Below are positions 10,050-19,305 of a stretch of DNA of 64,000 bases, piece after piece. The stretch's first letter is position 1; each line of letters begins with the position of its first letter. Origin of the DNA: Candidatus Aminicenantes bacterium (GTDB lineage: Bacteria > Acidobacteriota > Aminicenantia > UBA2199); assembly GCA_963759765.1 (NCBI GenBank), contig CAVXAL010000003.1:939409-1003408 (forward strand), in the 5' to 3' direction. The notes beneath the pieces are model-generated. The model saw only the letters and a program-made list of their open reading frames with translations, did not search any database and was not told the origin of the DNA. The position numbers and the translations under genes are program-made.

Positions 10050-11477
10050 ATGGCCAGAGAAGAATGCGGCGACAGTTTCGTCAAAGGGCTCGGGGTGCTC
10101 AGTGCCACCAACATCGTTATCGGTTCGATGATCGGCTCGGGCATTTTCATTGCCCCTTCGTTGATGGCCGGCTACATCCAGACCCCCGGCTTGCTGGTTA
10201 TGCTCTGGCTGATCGGCGGCGTGCTGACCATCTGCGGGGCCCTGTCGCTGTCCGAGCTCGCTTCCGCCTATCCCCATGTCGGCGGCCAGTATGTCTTTTT
10301 GCGGGAAATCTATTCTTCCATCTGGGGTTTCCTCTACGGCTGGACGGTGTTCCTGGTCATCCAGACCGGGTTTATCGCCGCCATAGCCATCGCCTTTGCC
10401 AAATACCTGGGCGTTTTTTTCCCGGCTTTGGGTGAAGCAAAGATACTTTTTTCCTTCCAGCTCTTCGCCAAAAACTTTGCCTTTTCGTCGGCCCAGCTGG
10501 TCTCCATCATCTGCATCGCCCTGTTGACGTATGTCAACGTCCGTGGTGTCAGAGCCGGCGCCCTGGTGCAGAATATCTTCACCTTCTCAAAAATGGGGGC
10601 GCTGCTCATCCTCATCGGCGCCGCCTTCTTTTTCGGTTCCGGGAGTTTCAAAAATTTTCTCCCCCTGCTCAAACCCATGCTCCCGGCCGGAGCCCAGCTG
10701 ACCCTGTTTGCCGCGCTGGCGGTGGCCATGAGCAAAGCGCTCTTTGCCTACGATTCCTGGAACTCGGTGACCTTTGTGGCCGGCGAGATGAAAAACCCGC
10801 AAAAGAACCTGCCCCTCTCCATGCTCATAGGCACGGGCGCCACCACGCTGATCTACGTGCTGACCACCATGGCCTTTGTTTACATGGTTCCCATTTTCCA
10901 GATGAGCAAGATCAAGGAGAATCTGGTGGCGGCGGTCGTGGCCCAGTCGGTGATGGGCCAGGCCGGGCTGGTCTTCATCACCGTCGCCGTGCTCATTTCC
11001 ACTTTCGGCTGCATCAACGGCCTGATCCTTTCGGGGGCGCGCCTCTACTACGCCATGGCCCATGACGGGGTTTTCTTTAAGAAGAACTGCCTGATTCACG
11101 AAAAGTACCGGACACCACACGTCGCCTTGATCTACCAGGGAGTCTGGTCCTGCGTGCTGGTGCTGTCCGGGACCTACAGCGACCTGCTCACCTACACCGC
11201 TTTCGCATCGCTGCTGTTCAACGTGATGACCATCATCGGCGTGATCGTGCTGCGTTACCGGAAGCCCGATCTGCCGCGGCCCTACAGGGTCAGCGGCTAC
11301 CCGCTGGTGCCTCTGCTGTACATCGCCATCGCCCTCTTTTTCATCGTTTATATTGTCATCGGCGATCCTCTGAATTCGGGCAAAGGGCTGTTCCTCATCC
11401 TGGCGGGAATCCCCGTTTATGCCTACTGGAACAGCAAAAGGAAAGCCGCCAGCTGCCCGCCCGCTGCGGCCCGGTGA
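10050..11477 (+). CDS. APC-family amino acid permease (LAT-like)
   Basis: GSMIGSGIF, GGQYVFL, FAYDSWN, EMKNPQKNLP; SD GAGGAG before ATG 10050. Confidence 0.92.
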   Translation: MAREECGDSFVKGLGVLSATNIVIGSMIGSGIFIAPSLMAGYIQTPGLLVMLWLIGGVLTICGALSLSELASAYPHVGGQYVFLREIYSSIWGFLYGWTVFLVIQTGFIAAIAIAFAKYLGVFFPALGEAKILFSFQLFAKNFAFSSAQLVSIICIALLTYVNVRGVRAGALVQNIFTFSKMGALLILIGAAFFFGSGSFKNFLPLLKPMLPAGAQLTLFAALAVAMSKALFAYDSWNSVTFVAGEMKNPQKNLPLSMLIGTGATTLIYVLTTMAFVYMVPIFQMSKIKENLVAAVVAQSVMGQAGLVFITVAVLISTFGCINGLILSGARLYYAMAHDGVFFKKNCLIHEKYRTPHVALIYQGVWSCVLVLSGTYSDLLTYTAFASLLFNVMTIIGVIVLRYRKPDLPRPYRVSGYPLVPLLYIAIALFFIVYIVIGDPLNSGKGLFLILAGIPVYAYWNSKRKAASCPPAAAR

Positions 11478-11516
11478 TGCCGGCGGGACGATGCGGCGGC
11501 TGAGGGGTTGGCGGTC

Positions 11517-12926
11517 ATGAGCCGTAGGATTTCTGCGCGCTTAAAGGCCTTGGCGCTTTTTTTCGCCTTGAGCGCCCTGGCGCTGGCGGCGGTTCTGACG
11601 GTCGCCCGCGAATCCCGCCTGCTTGCTGTTCCCGCGCTCGTGCTCACGGCATCACGCTGGTTGGCCATTCTCGGTTTCTTCGCCTACGCGCTGGCGCGGC
11701 GCAGCCTCACCACCTGGATCGTGGTGGCCATGCTCATCGGGGCAGAAATCGGTCACGATTGGCCGCAGCTGGCGGTCAGCCTCCGGGTCCTGAGCCTGAT
11801 CTTCCTGCGACTGATCAAGACCATCATCGCTCCGCTGCTCTTTTCCACTCTGGTCGTGGGCATCGCCGGACATTCCGACCTGAAGCAGGTGGGGCGGATG
11901 GGCGTCAAGGCGCTGGTTTATTTCGAAATCGTCACCACCCTGGCCCTGTTCATTGGCGTGGCGGCGATCAACATCTCCCAGGCGGGTAAGGGGATCGCCC
12001 TGCCGCCGGCTCCGAAAGCCGAGAGGCTCGAGGCCACCCGTCAAACCTCGACCGAGATCATCACCCATATTTTCCCCGAAAACATCGCCAAGTCGGTTGC
12101 CGAGGGCCAGATCCTCCAGGTGGTCGTCTTCGCTATCCTGTTCGGTATCGCCCTGGCCATGATTCCCGAAGCGCGACGGCGGCCGCTGCTGGCGCTCACC
12201 GAAGCGCTTTCCGTGACCATGTTCAAGTTTACTAACATTGTCATGCTCTTCGCACCCGTCGGTGTCGGCGCGGCGATCGCCTACACGGTGGGCCACATGG
12301 GACTCGGGGTTCTCTCCAATCTGTTCCGTCTGCTTCTGACTTTTTACGCGGCTCTGCTTGCCTTCATCCTGCTGGTGCTGCTGCCCGTCGCCCTGATCGT
12401 CAAGGCGCCGGTGAAGAAGTTCATCGCGGCCATCGCCGGTCCCGTGGCCATCGCGTTCGCCACGACCAGCTCGGAAGCGGCGCTGCCGCGAGCCATGGAG
12501 GCCATGGAAGCCATCGGCGTTCCAAGAAAAATCGTGGCCTTCGTCATGCCCACCGGCTACAGTTTCAACCTCGACGGCTCGAGCCTCTATTTGTCGCTGG
12601 CCTCGATCTTCGTCGCCCAGGCCGCGGGAGTCCATTTGAGTTTCGGGCAGCAGCTGTTGATGGTGTTCACCCTCATGCTCACCAGCAAGGGCGTTGCCGG
12701 CGTTCCCCGGGCTTCCCTGGTGATTCTGCTCGGGGCGGTGGCCACGTTCAACCTGCCGGTGGAGCCGGTTTTCATCATCCTGGGAATCGACGAGCTGATG
12801 GACATGGCCCGCACCTCGGTCAACGTCATCGGCAACAGCCTGGCCACCGTCGTCGTTGCCCGTTGGGAGGGGGAGTTCGGAAAGGAGCGTCCCTCAGCGG
12901 TCGTTCAGGAAGCCCTAAACGAGTAG
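11517..12926 (+). CDS. Dicarboxylate/amino acid:cation symporter (GltP/DctA family)
   Basis: FATTSSEAALP, GYSFNLDG, TSKGVAGVP, DMARTSVN. Confidence 0.93.
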   Translation: MSRRISARLKALALFFALSALALAAVLTVARESRLLAVPALVLTASRWLAILGFFAYALARRSLTTWIVVAMLIGAEIGHDWPQLAVSLRVLSLIFLRLIKTIIAPLLFSTLVVGIAGHSDLKQVGRMGVKALVYFEIVTTLALFIGVAAINISQAGKGIALPPAPKAERLEATRQTSTEIITHIFPENIAKSVAEGQILQVVVFAILFGIALAMIPEARRRPLLALTEALSVTMFKFTNIVMLFAPVGVGAAIAYTVGHMGLGVLSNLFRLLLTFYAALLAFILLVLLPVALIVKAPVKKFIAAIAGPVAIAFATTSSEAALPRAMEAMEAIGVPRKIVAFVMPTGYSFNLDGSSLYLSLASIFVAQAAGVHLSFGQQLLMVFTLMLTSKGVAGVPRASLVILLGAVATFNLPVEPVFIILGIDELMDMARTSVNVIGNSLATVVVARWEGEFGKERPSAVVQEALNE

Positions 12927-12951
12927 AATCCCCCTCTAAAATCGTCTGCAG

Positions 12952-14460
12952 TTATTTCGGCGCAGCCGGTTGCTGCGGTTCTTTAGACATAATGCTGTGC
13001 TTCCTTCCATAAAAAAAGTAAATGAACATACCGACTGCCAGCCAGACGAAGAGCCGCAGCCAGTTCACGGCCGGCAGGGAAAACATCAGCATCAGGCAGA
13101 GCAACACACCCAAAATGGGTACCAAGGGGAAGAAAGGCGCCCTGAACGGCCGCTCGGCGTGGGGATGGGTGTAGCGCATGATCAGGACGGAAGTGCAGAC
13201 GATCGCGAACGCCAGCAGGGTGCCGATGTTGACCAGCTCGGCCAGCAAATGGATGGGCAGCAGGGAGGCGAAGGTACCGACGAAAATGCCGGTGAGGATG
13301 GTGGACTTGTAGGGGGTGCGGAATTTATCATGCACGGCGCCGAAAAAGCTGGGCGGCAGGAGCCCGTCTCTGGCGATGGCCAGAAGAATCCGGGGCTGGC
13401 TGAGCATCATGACCAGCAAAACGGAGGTGATCCCTGCGAGTGCCCCGAATGAAATAATGCCCTGGGCCCAAGGGAGGCCGACCTGCGCAAAGGCGTTGGA
13501 AACGGGGGCGTTGATGTCGATCTTGTTGTAGGGCACCATGCCGGTCAACACGGCGGCGACCATGATGTACAAGCCGGTGCAGATCAACAGCGAGCTGACG
13601 ATGGCGATGGGCACGTCCTTGTGCGGTCTGCGGGCCTCCTCCGCATGCGTGGACACCGAGTCAAACCCGATATAGGCGAAGAAGCTGATGGCCGCTCCGG
13701 CGAGCATGCCCAACGGCTCTCCGCCGACACCGGTCTTTCCGAAGAGGGTCTTGCCGAAAAACCGGATGCCGGTGAAACCGAACGGGGCGAACGGCTTCCA
13801 GTTGCTGGTTTTAATGTAGAAGGCGCCGACGGCGATGACCATGACGACCACGCAGAGCTTAATGATGACCATGGTCGCGTTGAACGTCGCGCTTTCCTTG
13901 ATGCCCTTGATCAGGATGAAGGTGACGACGACGGTGATGAACAACGCCGGTATGTTGATGATGTCGCCGCTGGCGACGAGTTTCCCGGTGGCAGGATTTT
14001 TCATGAGCGGCTCCCAGCCCAGGGCATGGGGTATGTGAATCTTGAAAATCCCGATGAAATCCTGGAAATAGTGGGACCAGCCGTTGGCCACGGTTGCCGA
14101 GGCGACCGAATACTCCAGGACCAGGTCCCAGCCGATGATCCAGGCCATCAGTTCACCGAGCGTGGCATACGCGTACGTGTAAGCCGACCCGGCCACGGGC
14201 ACCATGGAGGCGAACTCGGCGTAGCATAACGCGGCAAAAAGGCAGCAAATGCCGGAAACAACGAACGAAAGCATCAGCGCGGGGCCGGCCTTGTCGTGGG
14301 CGGCCACGCCGGTCAGAACGAAGATGCCGGTTCCGATAATGGCGCCGACGCCAAGGCTGGTCAGCGTGATCGGGCCGAGGATGCGGCGCAGCCGGTTATC
14401 GCCGTGCAATTCTTCCAGGAGGACATGCAGGGGTTTTTTTCGGAAAAGTTGACTTCCCAT
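12952..14460 (-). CDS. APC-family amino acid permease (cationic amino acid transporter/YfnA-like)
   Basis: GAIIGTGIF, AGSAYTY, FFAYIGFDSVSTHAEE. Confidence 0.93.
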   Translation of the reverse strand: MGSQLFRKKPLHVLLEELHGDNRLRRILGPITLTSLGVGAIIGTGIFVLTGVAAHDKAGPALMLSFVVSGICCLFAALCYAEFASMVPVAGSAYTYAYATLGELMAWIIGWDLVLEYSVASATVANGWSHYFQDFIGIFKIHIPHALGWEPLMKNPATGKLVASGDIINIPALFITVVVTFILIKGIKESATFNATMVIIKLCVVVMVIAVGAFYIKTSNWKPFAPFGFTGIRFFGKTLFGKTGVGGEPLGMLAGAAISFFAYIGFDSVSTHAEEARRPHKDVPIAIVSSLLICTGLYIMVAAVLTGMVPYNKIDINAPVSNAFAQVGLPWAQGIISFGALAGITSVLLVMMLSQPRILLAIARDGLLPPSFFGAVHDKFRTPYKSTILTGIFVGTFASLLPIHLLAELVNIGTLLAFAIVCTSVLIMRYTHPHAERPFRAPFFPLVPILGVLLCLMLMFSLPAVNWLRLFVWLAVGMFIYFFYGRKHSIMSKEPQQPAAPK

Positions 14461-14511
14461 TTCGATTCCTTATCAACGTTTTTTGACAGAAAATTTGTTT
14501 ACGGAAAAAGA

Positions 14512-14540
14512 ATTCTAATTGTTTTGTTTGGGGTTGTCAA
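14512..14540 (-). promoter_or_regulatory. sigma70-type promoter
   Basis: TTGACA-17bp-TAGAAT. Confidence 0.7.
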
Positions 14541-14675
14541 GCGCCGTCCCCATTCTCTAAGTTTCTCCTTCATGGCCTTGAAAGGAGTTTTCCGGGCATG
14601 CGTGAGGACAAATCCATACGAGCCGAAAAGCTAAAAAGACCTTTCTTCATTGGGTCAAACTGGAGCTGCTGATAT

Positions 14676-16158
14676 TTATTGGGATTGACGCTTCTGCTTG
14701 CGCCGCCAGTAGAGGTAGCCGGGAATGCCGGCCGCGACCAGGGCCACGCCCATCAGCGAATTGATCAGCGGCGCGCGGCCGCTGATATAGTTGCTGATAT
14801 CCGAATAGAGGGTGAACACGATATAAACCGACGCGAAGGCGATGAAAATCCAGGGCACGACCGGGTAGCCCCAGACCTTGTAGGGGCGCGGGGCATTGGG
14901 CATGGTCTTGCGCAGCACGATCACGCCCAGCGTGCCCAGGGCGTAGAAGATCCAGGAGACGAAGATCAGCATGTCGGTCAGTTGGTCGAAGGTGCCGCTG
15001 AGCACGAGGATCGAGGCCCAGACGCCCTGGACAATCAGCGAGGGGCCGGGAGTGTGGAAGCGCGGGTGGATGTTTTTCAGGCGCTTGAAAAAGAGTCCCT
15101 CCCTGGCCATGGCGTAGTAGACGCGGGCCGACATCATGATCGTGCCGTTGGTGGTGCCGAAGGTGGAGATCATGATGGCGATGGCGATCAGCGCGCCGCC
15201 CCAGCCGCCCAGAAACGAGTTGGCCACGTCGGTGGCCACCAGGTAGGACTGGCCGCTGCTCTCTGCGGCCAGATACTTGGCGCCCATATCATGGACCGGG
15301 ATGATATAAATGTAAGCCAGGTTGACCAGGAGGTAAATGGAGATGAAGACTAGGGCGGCAATGGCCATGGCCCGCGGCAGGTTTTTCTGGGGATTCTTGA
15401 TTTCTCCGGCCAGGTAGGTGACGTTGATCCAGCCGTCGTAGGCCCAAAAGGCGCCAGCCATGGCCACGATAAAAGCCAGAAAAACCGAAGAGAAACCGCT
15501 GCCGGCGGCGATCGTTGACTGGGTGAAATTGCCCAGCTGCCCGTTGCCGAACAGTGAATGCCAGCAGCACGATGGCCAGGATGGCGGCGATCTTCAGGCC
15601 GGTGAACAGCACCTGCACGGCGCTGCCCAGGCGCACGCCCAGGTAATTGAGGGTGGTCAGAAAGAGCAGCAGGCCGATGGTGCAGAGCTTCAGGCCGATG
15701 AATTTGAAGGGGGTGATGGCGCCCAGCCAGGGGATGTGGATGGCGAAGTTTTCCCAGGCGGGTCCCAGCCGCGGGAACCTGAAAAAATAACCCAGGGAAT
15801 CGGAGAACACGTAGGCGATGGAGGCGATCGAGCCGGTCTGGATGACGATGAACACGGCCCAGCCGTAGAGGTAACCGACAAAATCGTTGTAGCACTTGTT
15901 GAAGTAGACGTACTGGCCGCCCGCCTCGTGGAACATGCCCGCTATTTCGGCGATGCTCAGGGCGCCGAACAGGGTCATGGCGCCGGCCACCACCCAGACC
16001 AGCATCAGCAGCATGGGCGAGCCGAGCTGCGAGGCCATCAGCCCCGGTTTCTTGAAGATGCCCGAGCCGATCACCGAGCCGATGGCGAAGGCCACGGCAG
16101 CCAGCAGGCCGATTTCCCTGAGCAGTTCCGCCGGTCTCTTTTCTTCCATGCGATTCAT
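14676..16158 (-). CDS. APC-family amino acid permease (1 frameshift near 15550)
   Basis: N-half GSVIGSGIF (ORF 15289-16158) and C-half FWAYDGW..EIKNPQKNLP (ORF 14676-15467); paralogous to 10050-11477. Confidence 0.88.
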
Positions 16159-16224
16159 CGCTATCAGTTCCTTCTCCGGTTTTTAAAAAAGAACAATTAT
16201 AGAAACAATTCCCTGAGATTACAA

Positions 16225-16881
16225 TTATTTATTTTTGCCGGTCATTTCGGCGATTAATTCTTCGCTGGTCATGACCCGCGCGTATGTGCCTTTCAAGGCT
16301 GCCAGCGCTGCGGCATGGGCCTGCTCGGCCGGGATTTTCTTGCCGTTGAATTCCAGATCGCGCGTGGCGCAGGCGTTGTGGACAACCGTGACAATGAAGC
16401 CCAGGTCCGCGGCGGCGCGCGCGGCCGCTTCCAGGCACAGGTGGGTCTGCATGCCGCAGATGACCAGGTTGCGGATGTTCAATTCTTTAAGCACGGCCAG
16501 CAGGTTGGTTTCGCGAAAGCTGTTGGCAAAGTGTTTGGTGATGATGGTTTCGTTTGGGTTGGGCCGGACGTTGGGATGGAACGCGTGTTGCGGGTCGCTT
16601 TCGCTTTTGCCGGGCGATATATGACGGACGTGGATGACGGGGTAATGGAGGGCGCGGAACGCCTCGAGCACGCTCTTCGCTTTCAGGCTGGCAGCCTCGC
16701 TTCCCTGCAGGGGCAGCAGGCCACCAGGGAAATAGAAATTCTGGATATCAACGATCAGCAGCGCCGTGTCTGCTGGCCGCGCGGCCGGGGCCGAAGCGCT
16801 GCGGGCCAGCACCAAGAGTGGCGGCAGGGCAAGAAAAACCAGAAATATAATTGCTTTTAGCAGCTGAAAATAACGTCTCAT
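16225..16881 (-). CDS. Isochorismatase-family cysteine hydrolase with N-terminal signal peptide
   Basis: ALLIVDIQN, ITKHFANSF, GMQTHLC triad pattern; basic + hydrophobic N-terminus. Confidence 0.87.
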   Translation of the reverse strand: MRRYFQLLKAIIFLVFLALPPLLVLARSASAPAARPADTALLIVDIQNFYFPGGLLPLQGSEAASLKAKSVLEAFRALHYPVIHVRHISPGKSESDPQHAFHPNVRPNPNETIITKHFANSFRETNLLAVLKELNIRNLVICGMQTHLCLEAAARAAADLGFIVTVVHNACATRDLEFNGKKIPAEQAHAAALAALKGTYARVMTSEELIAEMTGKNK

Positions 16882-16985
16882 TTCTTACTCCTTAAGACGG
16901 ACATTTCAGGCTGGGATTGTATTCCAAAATTATCTCAATAACAAACTGGTTAAAAAAATATATAATATGATATGGAGGTAGTGCG

Positions 16986-17165
16986 ATGAGTCAAGAGAGC
17001 GGAAATCAGAGTCGTGCCTCCCGGATCCGTGTCAAAATGGGTCTGGGGATTGTCATGGGAATAGCCATAGGAGTTGCCATTGGCACTGCCATGCACCACA
17101 TCGGAGCCGGCATAGCAATCGGCATCGCGATTGGTGCGGGTATCGGGACTGCGTTGACCGCGTAA
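16986..17165 (+). CDS. Small (59 aa) glycine-zipper membrane protein, below ORF-track cutoff
   Basis: GGAGG 7 nt before ATG; MSQESGNQSRASRIRVKMGLGIVMGIAIGVAIGTAMHHIGAGIAIGIAIGAGIGTALTA*. Confidence 0.7.
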   Translation: MSQESGNQSRASRIRVKMGLGIVMGIAIGVAIGTAMHHIGAGIAIGIAIGAGIGTALTA

Positions 17166-17253
17166 GAGAGAAGGGATAAGTAGCACGGCACGAACTGCTT
17201 GCACATGTTCGGGAGGGGTGTTTTTCAATAGAAAATATTCGTCATATCCAGAT

Positions 17254-17282
17254 TTGACAAGGGTTTTAAAAGGTTGTATTTT
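17254..17282 (+). promoter_or_regulatory. sigma70 promoter of tRNA-Leu
   Basis: TTGACA-17bp-TATTTT, 11 nt before tRNA. Confidence 0.7.
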
Positions 17283-17293
17283 CTGGAATGCAA

Positions 17294-17375
17294 GCGAAAG
17301 TGGTGGAATTGGCAGACACGTCAGATTTAGGTTCTGATACCGCAAGGTGTGGGGGTTCGAGTCCCCCCTTTCGCA
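17294..17375 (+). tRNA. tRNA-Leu (anticodon TAG), CCA not encoded
   Basis: Acceptor GCGAAAG/CTTTCGC, D-arm GGAATTGGCAGAC, anticodon arm TCAGA-TTTAGGT-TCTGA, long variable arm, T-arm GGGGG-TTCGAGT-CCCCC. Confidence 0.96.
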
Positions 17376-17412
17376 TGATAAATAAAATAATACAATTTTA
17401 GTTATATATCTA

Positions 17413-17441
17413 TTGAATTCCGCATTTTTTTATAATAAAAT
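17413..17441 (+). promoter_or_regulatory. sigma70-type promoter for the methyltransferase/kinase cassette
   Basis: TTGAAT-17bp-TAAAAT in AT-rich spacer. Confidence 0.5.
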
Positions 17442-17605
17442 AATTATATATGACCCGTTATGATTTTATCTTTAACGATTATTTGCGGGAGCGGACAGAG
17501 GGTAACCCAGCAGGAAAGAGGAGTGAAAAGGGAGTGACGATGAGCCTTTTTCCCATCTTAAACGCCCAGCAAACGGGAAACCGACAAAGGAGGTCCCGTT
17601 AGCCC

Positions 17606-19305
17606 ATGAGGAACTTTCAGGAAGATGTCCGCAAGGCCCGGCGCAAGACGCAGGACAATGCCTTCTGCCGCTTTGACACCGATCCGGCCGAGTTCACCGT
17701 CTACGAGCTTTCCGCGCACGGATTTTCCTTTCTCTGCCCCAAGGAGACCTGCTTTTTCAAGAAAGAGGCGATGCTCGAAAAGATTTCCATTTTTAACGCC
17801 GAGAAGCTGGAGATTATCCGCGCCTCAGGCCGGGTCATGCACGTGGCCGAGTTCGACTTCCAGAAGATGCGTGTGGGTGTCTTTTACACGAAAAAGACCC
17901 TGGACCGCACCATCTCCGGCAAGGTGCGCGTGCCGCGCAAAACGCCCAAGATCCCTTTGAATGCCATCATGAAGGTCAAGGTCAAGGGCGCCGAGCAGGA
18001 TATCCCGGCCAGGTCATGGATTTCACCGCTTCCACTGCGCGTATCGGATTCAACGGCAAAAGACCCGATGACCTTGAGATCGGCGATGAGATAACTGTAG
18101 CCATTCATGCTGAGGATAGTTTGCTTTATGACGGTTTGGGATATGTCTTGCGTAAGAGGGATGAGGGCGCAGAAATCATCATCCAATTTGCAAAATGGAT
18201 TGACTCTTCACGCGTAGAAACCGAAACCCAGGTGTATCAAAACCGACAAGTGATTTTCAGTGCATTGGATTCTATGCAGAAATACGATCTAGTCAAGGAG
18301 GAATATAAAGCGTTGATCAGTGACTGGCGTCTTTATCTGAGCCGGTTAAAGCAGGTTCTGGACAACGAGGAATTAAAAAACACCTATCGCAATGAATCGG
18401 ATAAAGAATTATTCTTAAAAAGCATAGAGGATAGACTTCTCAAAGTCCTACACGGTTATATTCACCAAATGAACCGAATGGTGGAATCCTTAAGCAAACA
18501 AGAAAGCACTATTTATAAAAAATATTACCGAGAAAACTTAAATCCCCTGCTTCGTTCATCCCCCTTGATTTCATCGATTATTGACAAGGACCTGGGCTAT
18601 GCAGGGGACTTCGAAACGATCAAGTTATTTTTTCAGAATCCCTATTCTGGAGACACGCTTTTCGGTAAATTTGTCAACAAGTATCTGTGCAGTTTGGATG
18701 CAGTTACTGCTCATGTGGACCGGATCCGTTACATTTCCGATCAATTGTGTTTTGCATACAAGAACTCTGCCAATGATTTTTCTTTTCTGGCTCTTGGTGC
18801 TGGACCGGCGGAAGAAGTGTTGCGTTTTGTTGAAAACAACTCTTTCGAGAAGCCAGTATTTGCAACCTTGATCGATATGGACGCTTACGCACTGGCTGAC
18901 TTTTCAGACCGCATGCAATATCTTCCCAAGAAGAATTTCACAGTTGATTTGCAGAACCTCAATGTAATTAACTTGATCCGTAATGAACCATCAATCGAGG
19001 ACCGGAAATACGACCTGAGTTATTGCGCTGGCATGTTCGATTATTTTTCTGACACATTCTGTAAAAGGCTAATCAAATACCTTATCAAATGTACAAAGCC
19101 CGACGGTGTAGCGATGTTTACCAACGTGAGCAAAGATAGCATGGCTCGCTACGTCATGGATTACTGCGGCGGTTGGGAGATCATCCACCGCAACAACGCG
19201 GAGATTGTAGCGTTGATTCCTCAGGAATATCACTACGAACTGTCCCACGATGAAAAAAAGGCCAATATTTATGCCAAGATCATCGTACCCAAACGAAACG
19301 GATGA
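17606..19305 (+). CDS. Tandem PilZ-like + class I SAM methyltransferase, PhcB-like signal synthase (1 frameshift near 18005)
   Basis: ORFs 17606-18094 and 18016-19305 join at atcccggccag; RKARR/ELSAHG PilZ-like motifs; DLGYAGDF, LALGAGPAEE, IDMD, YCAGMFDY. Confidence 0.75.

Noticed and set aside
17565-17595. c-di-GMP-I riboswitch resemblance (GCAAAC-GG-GAAA-CC-GAC-AAAG)
   Set aside because: The stem is far too short and the second hairpin is absent.
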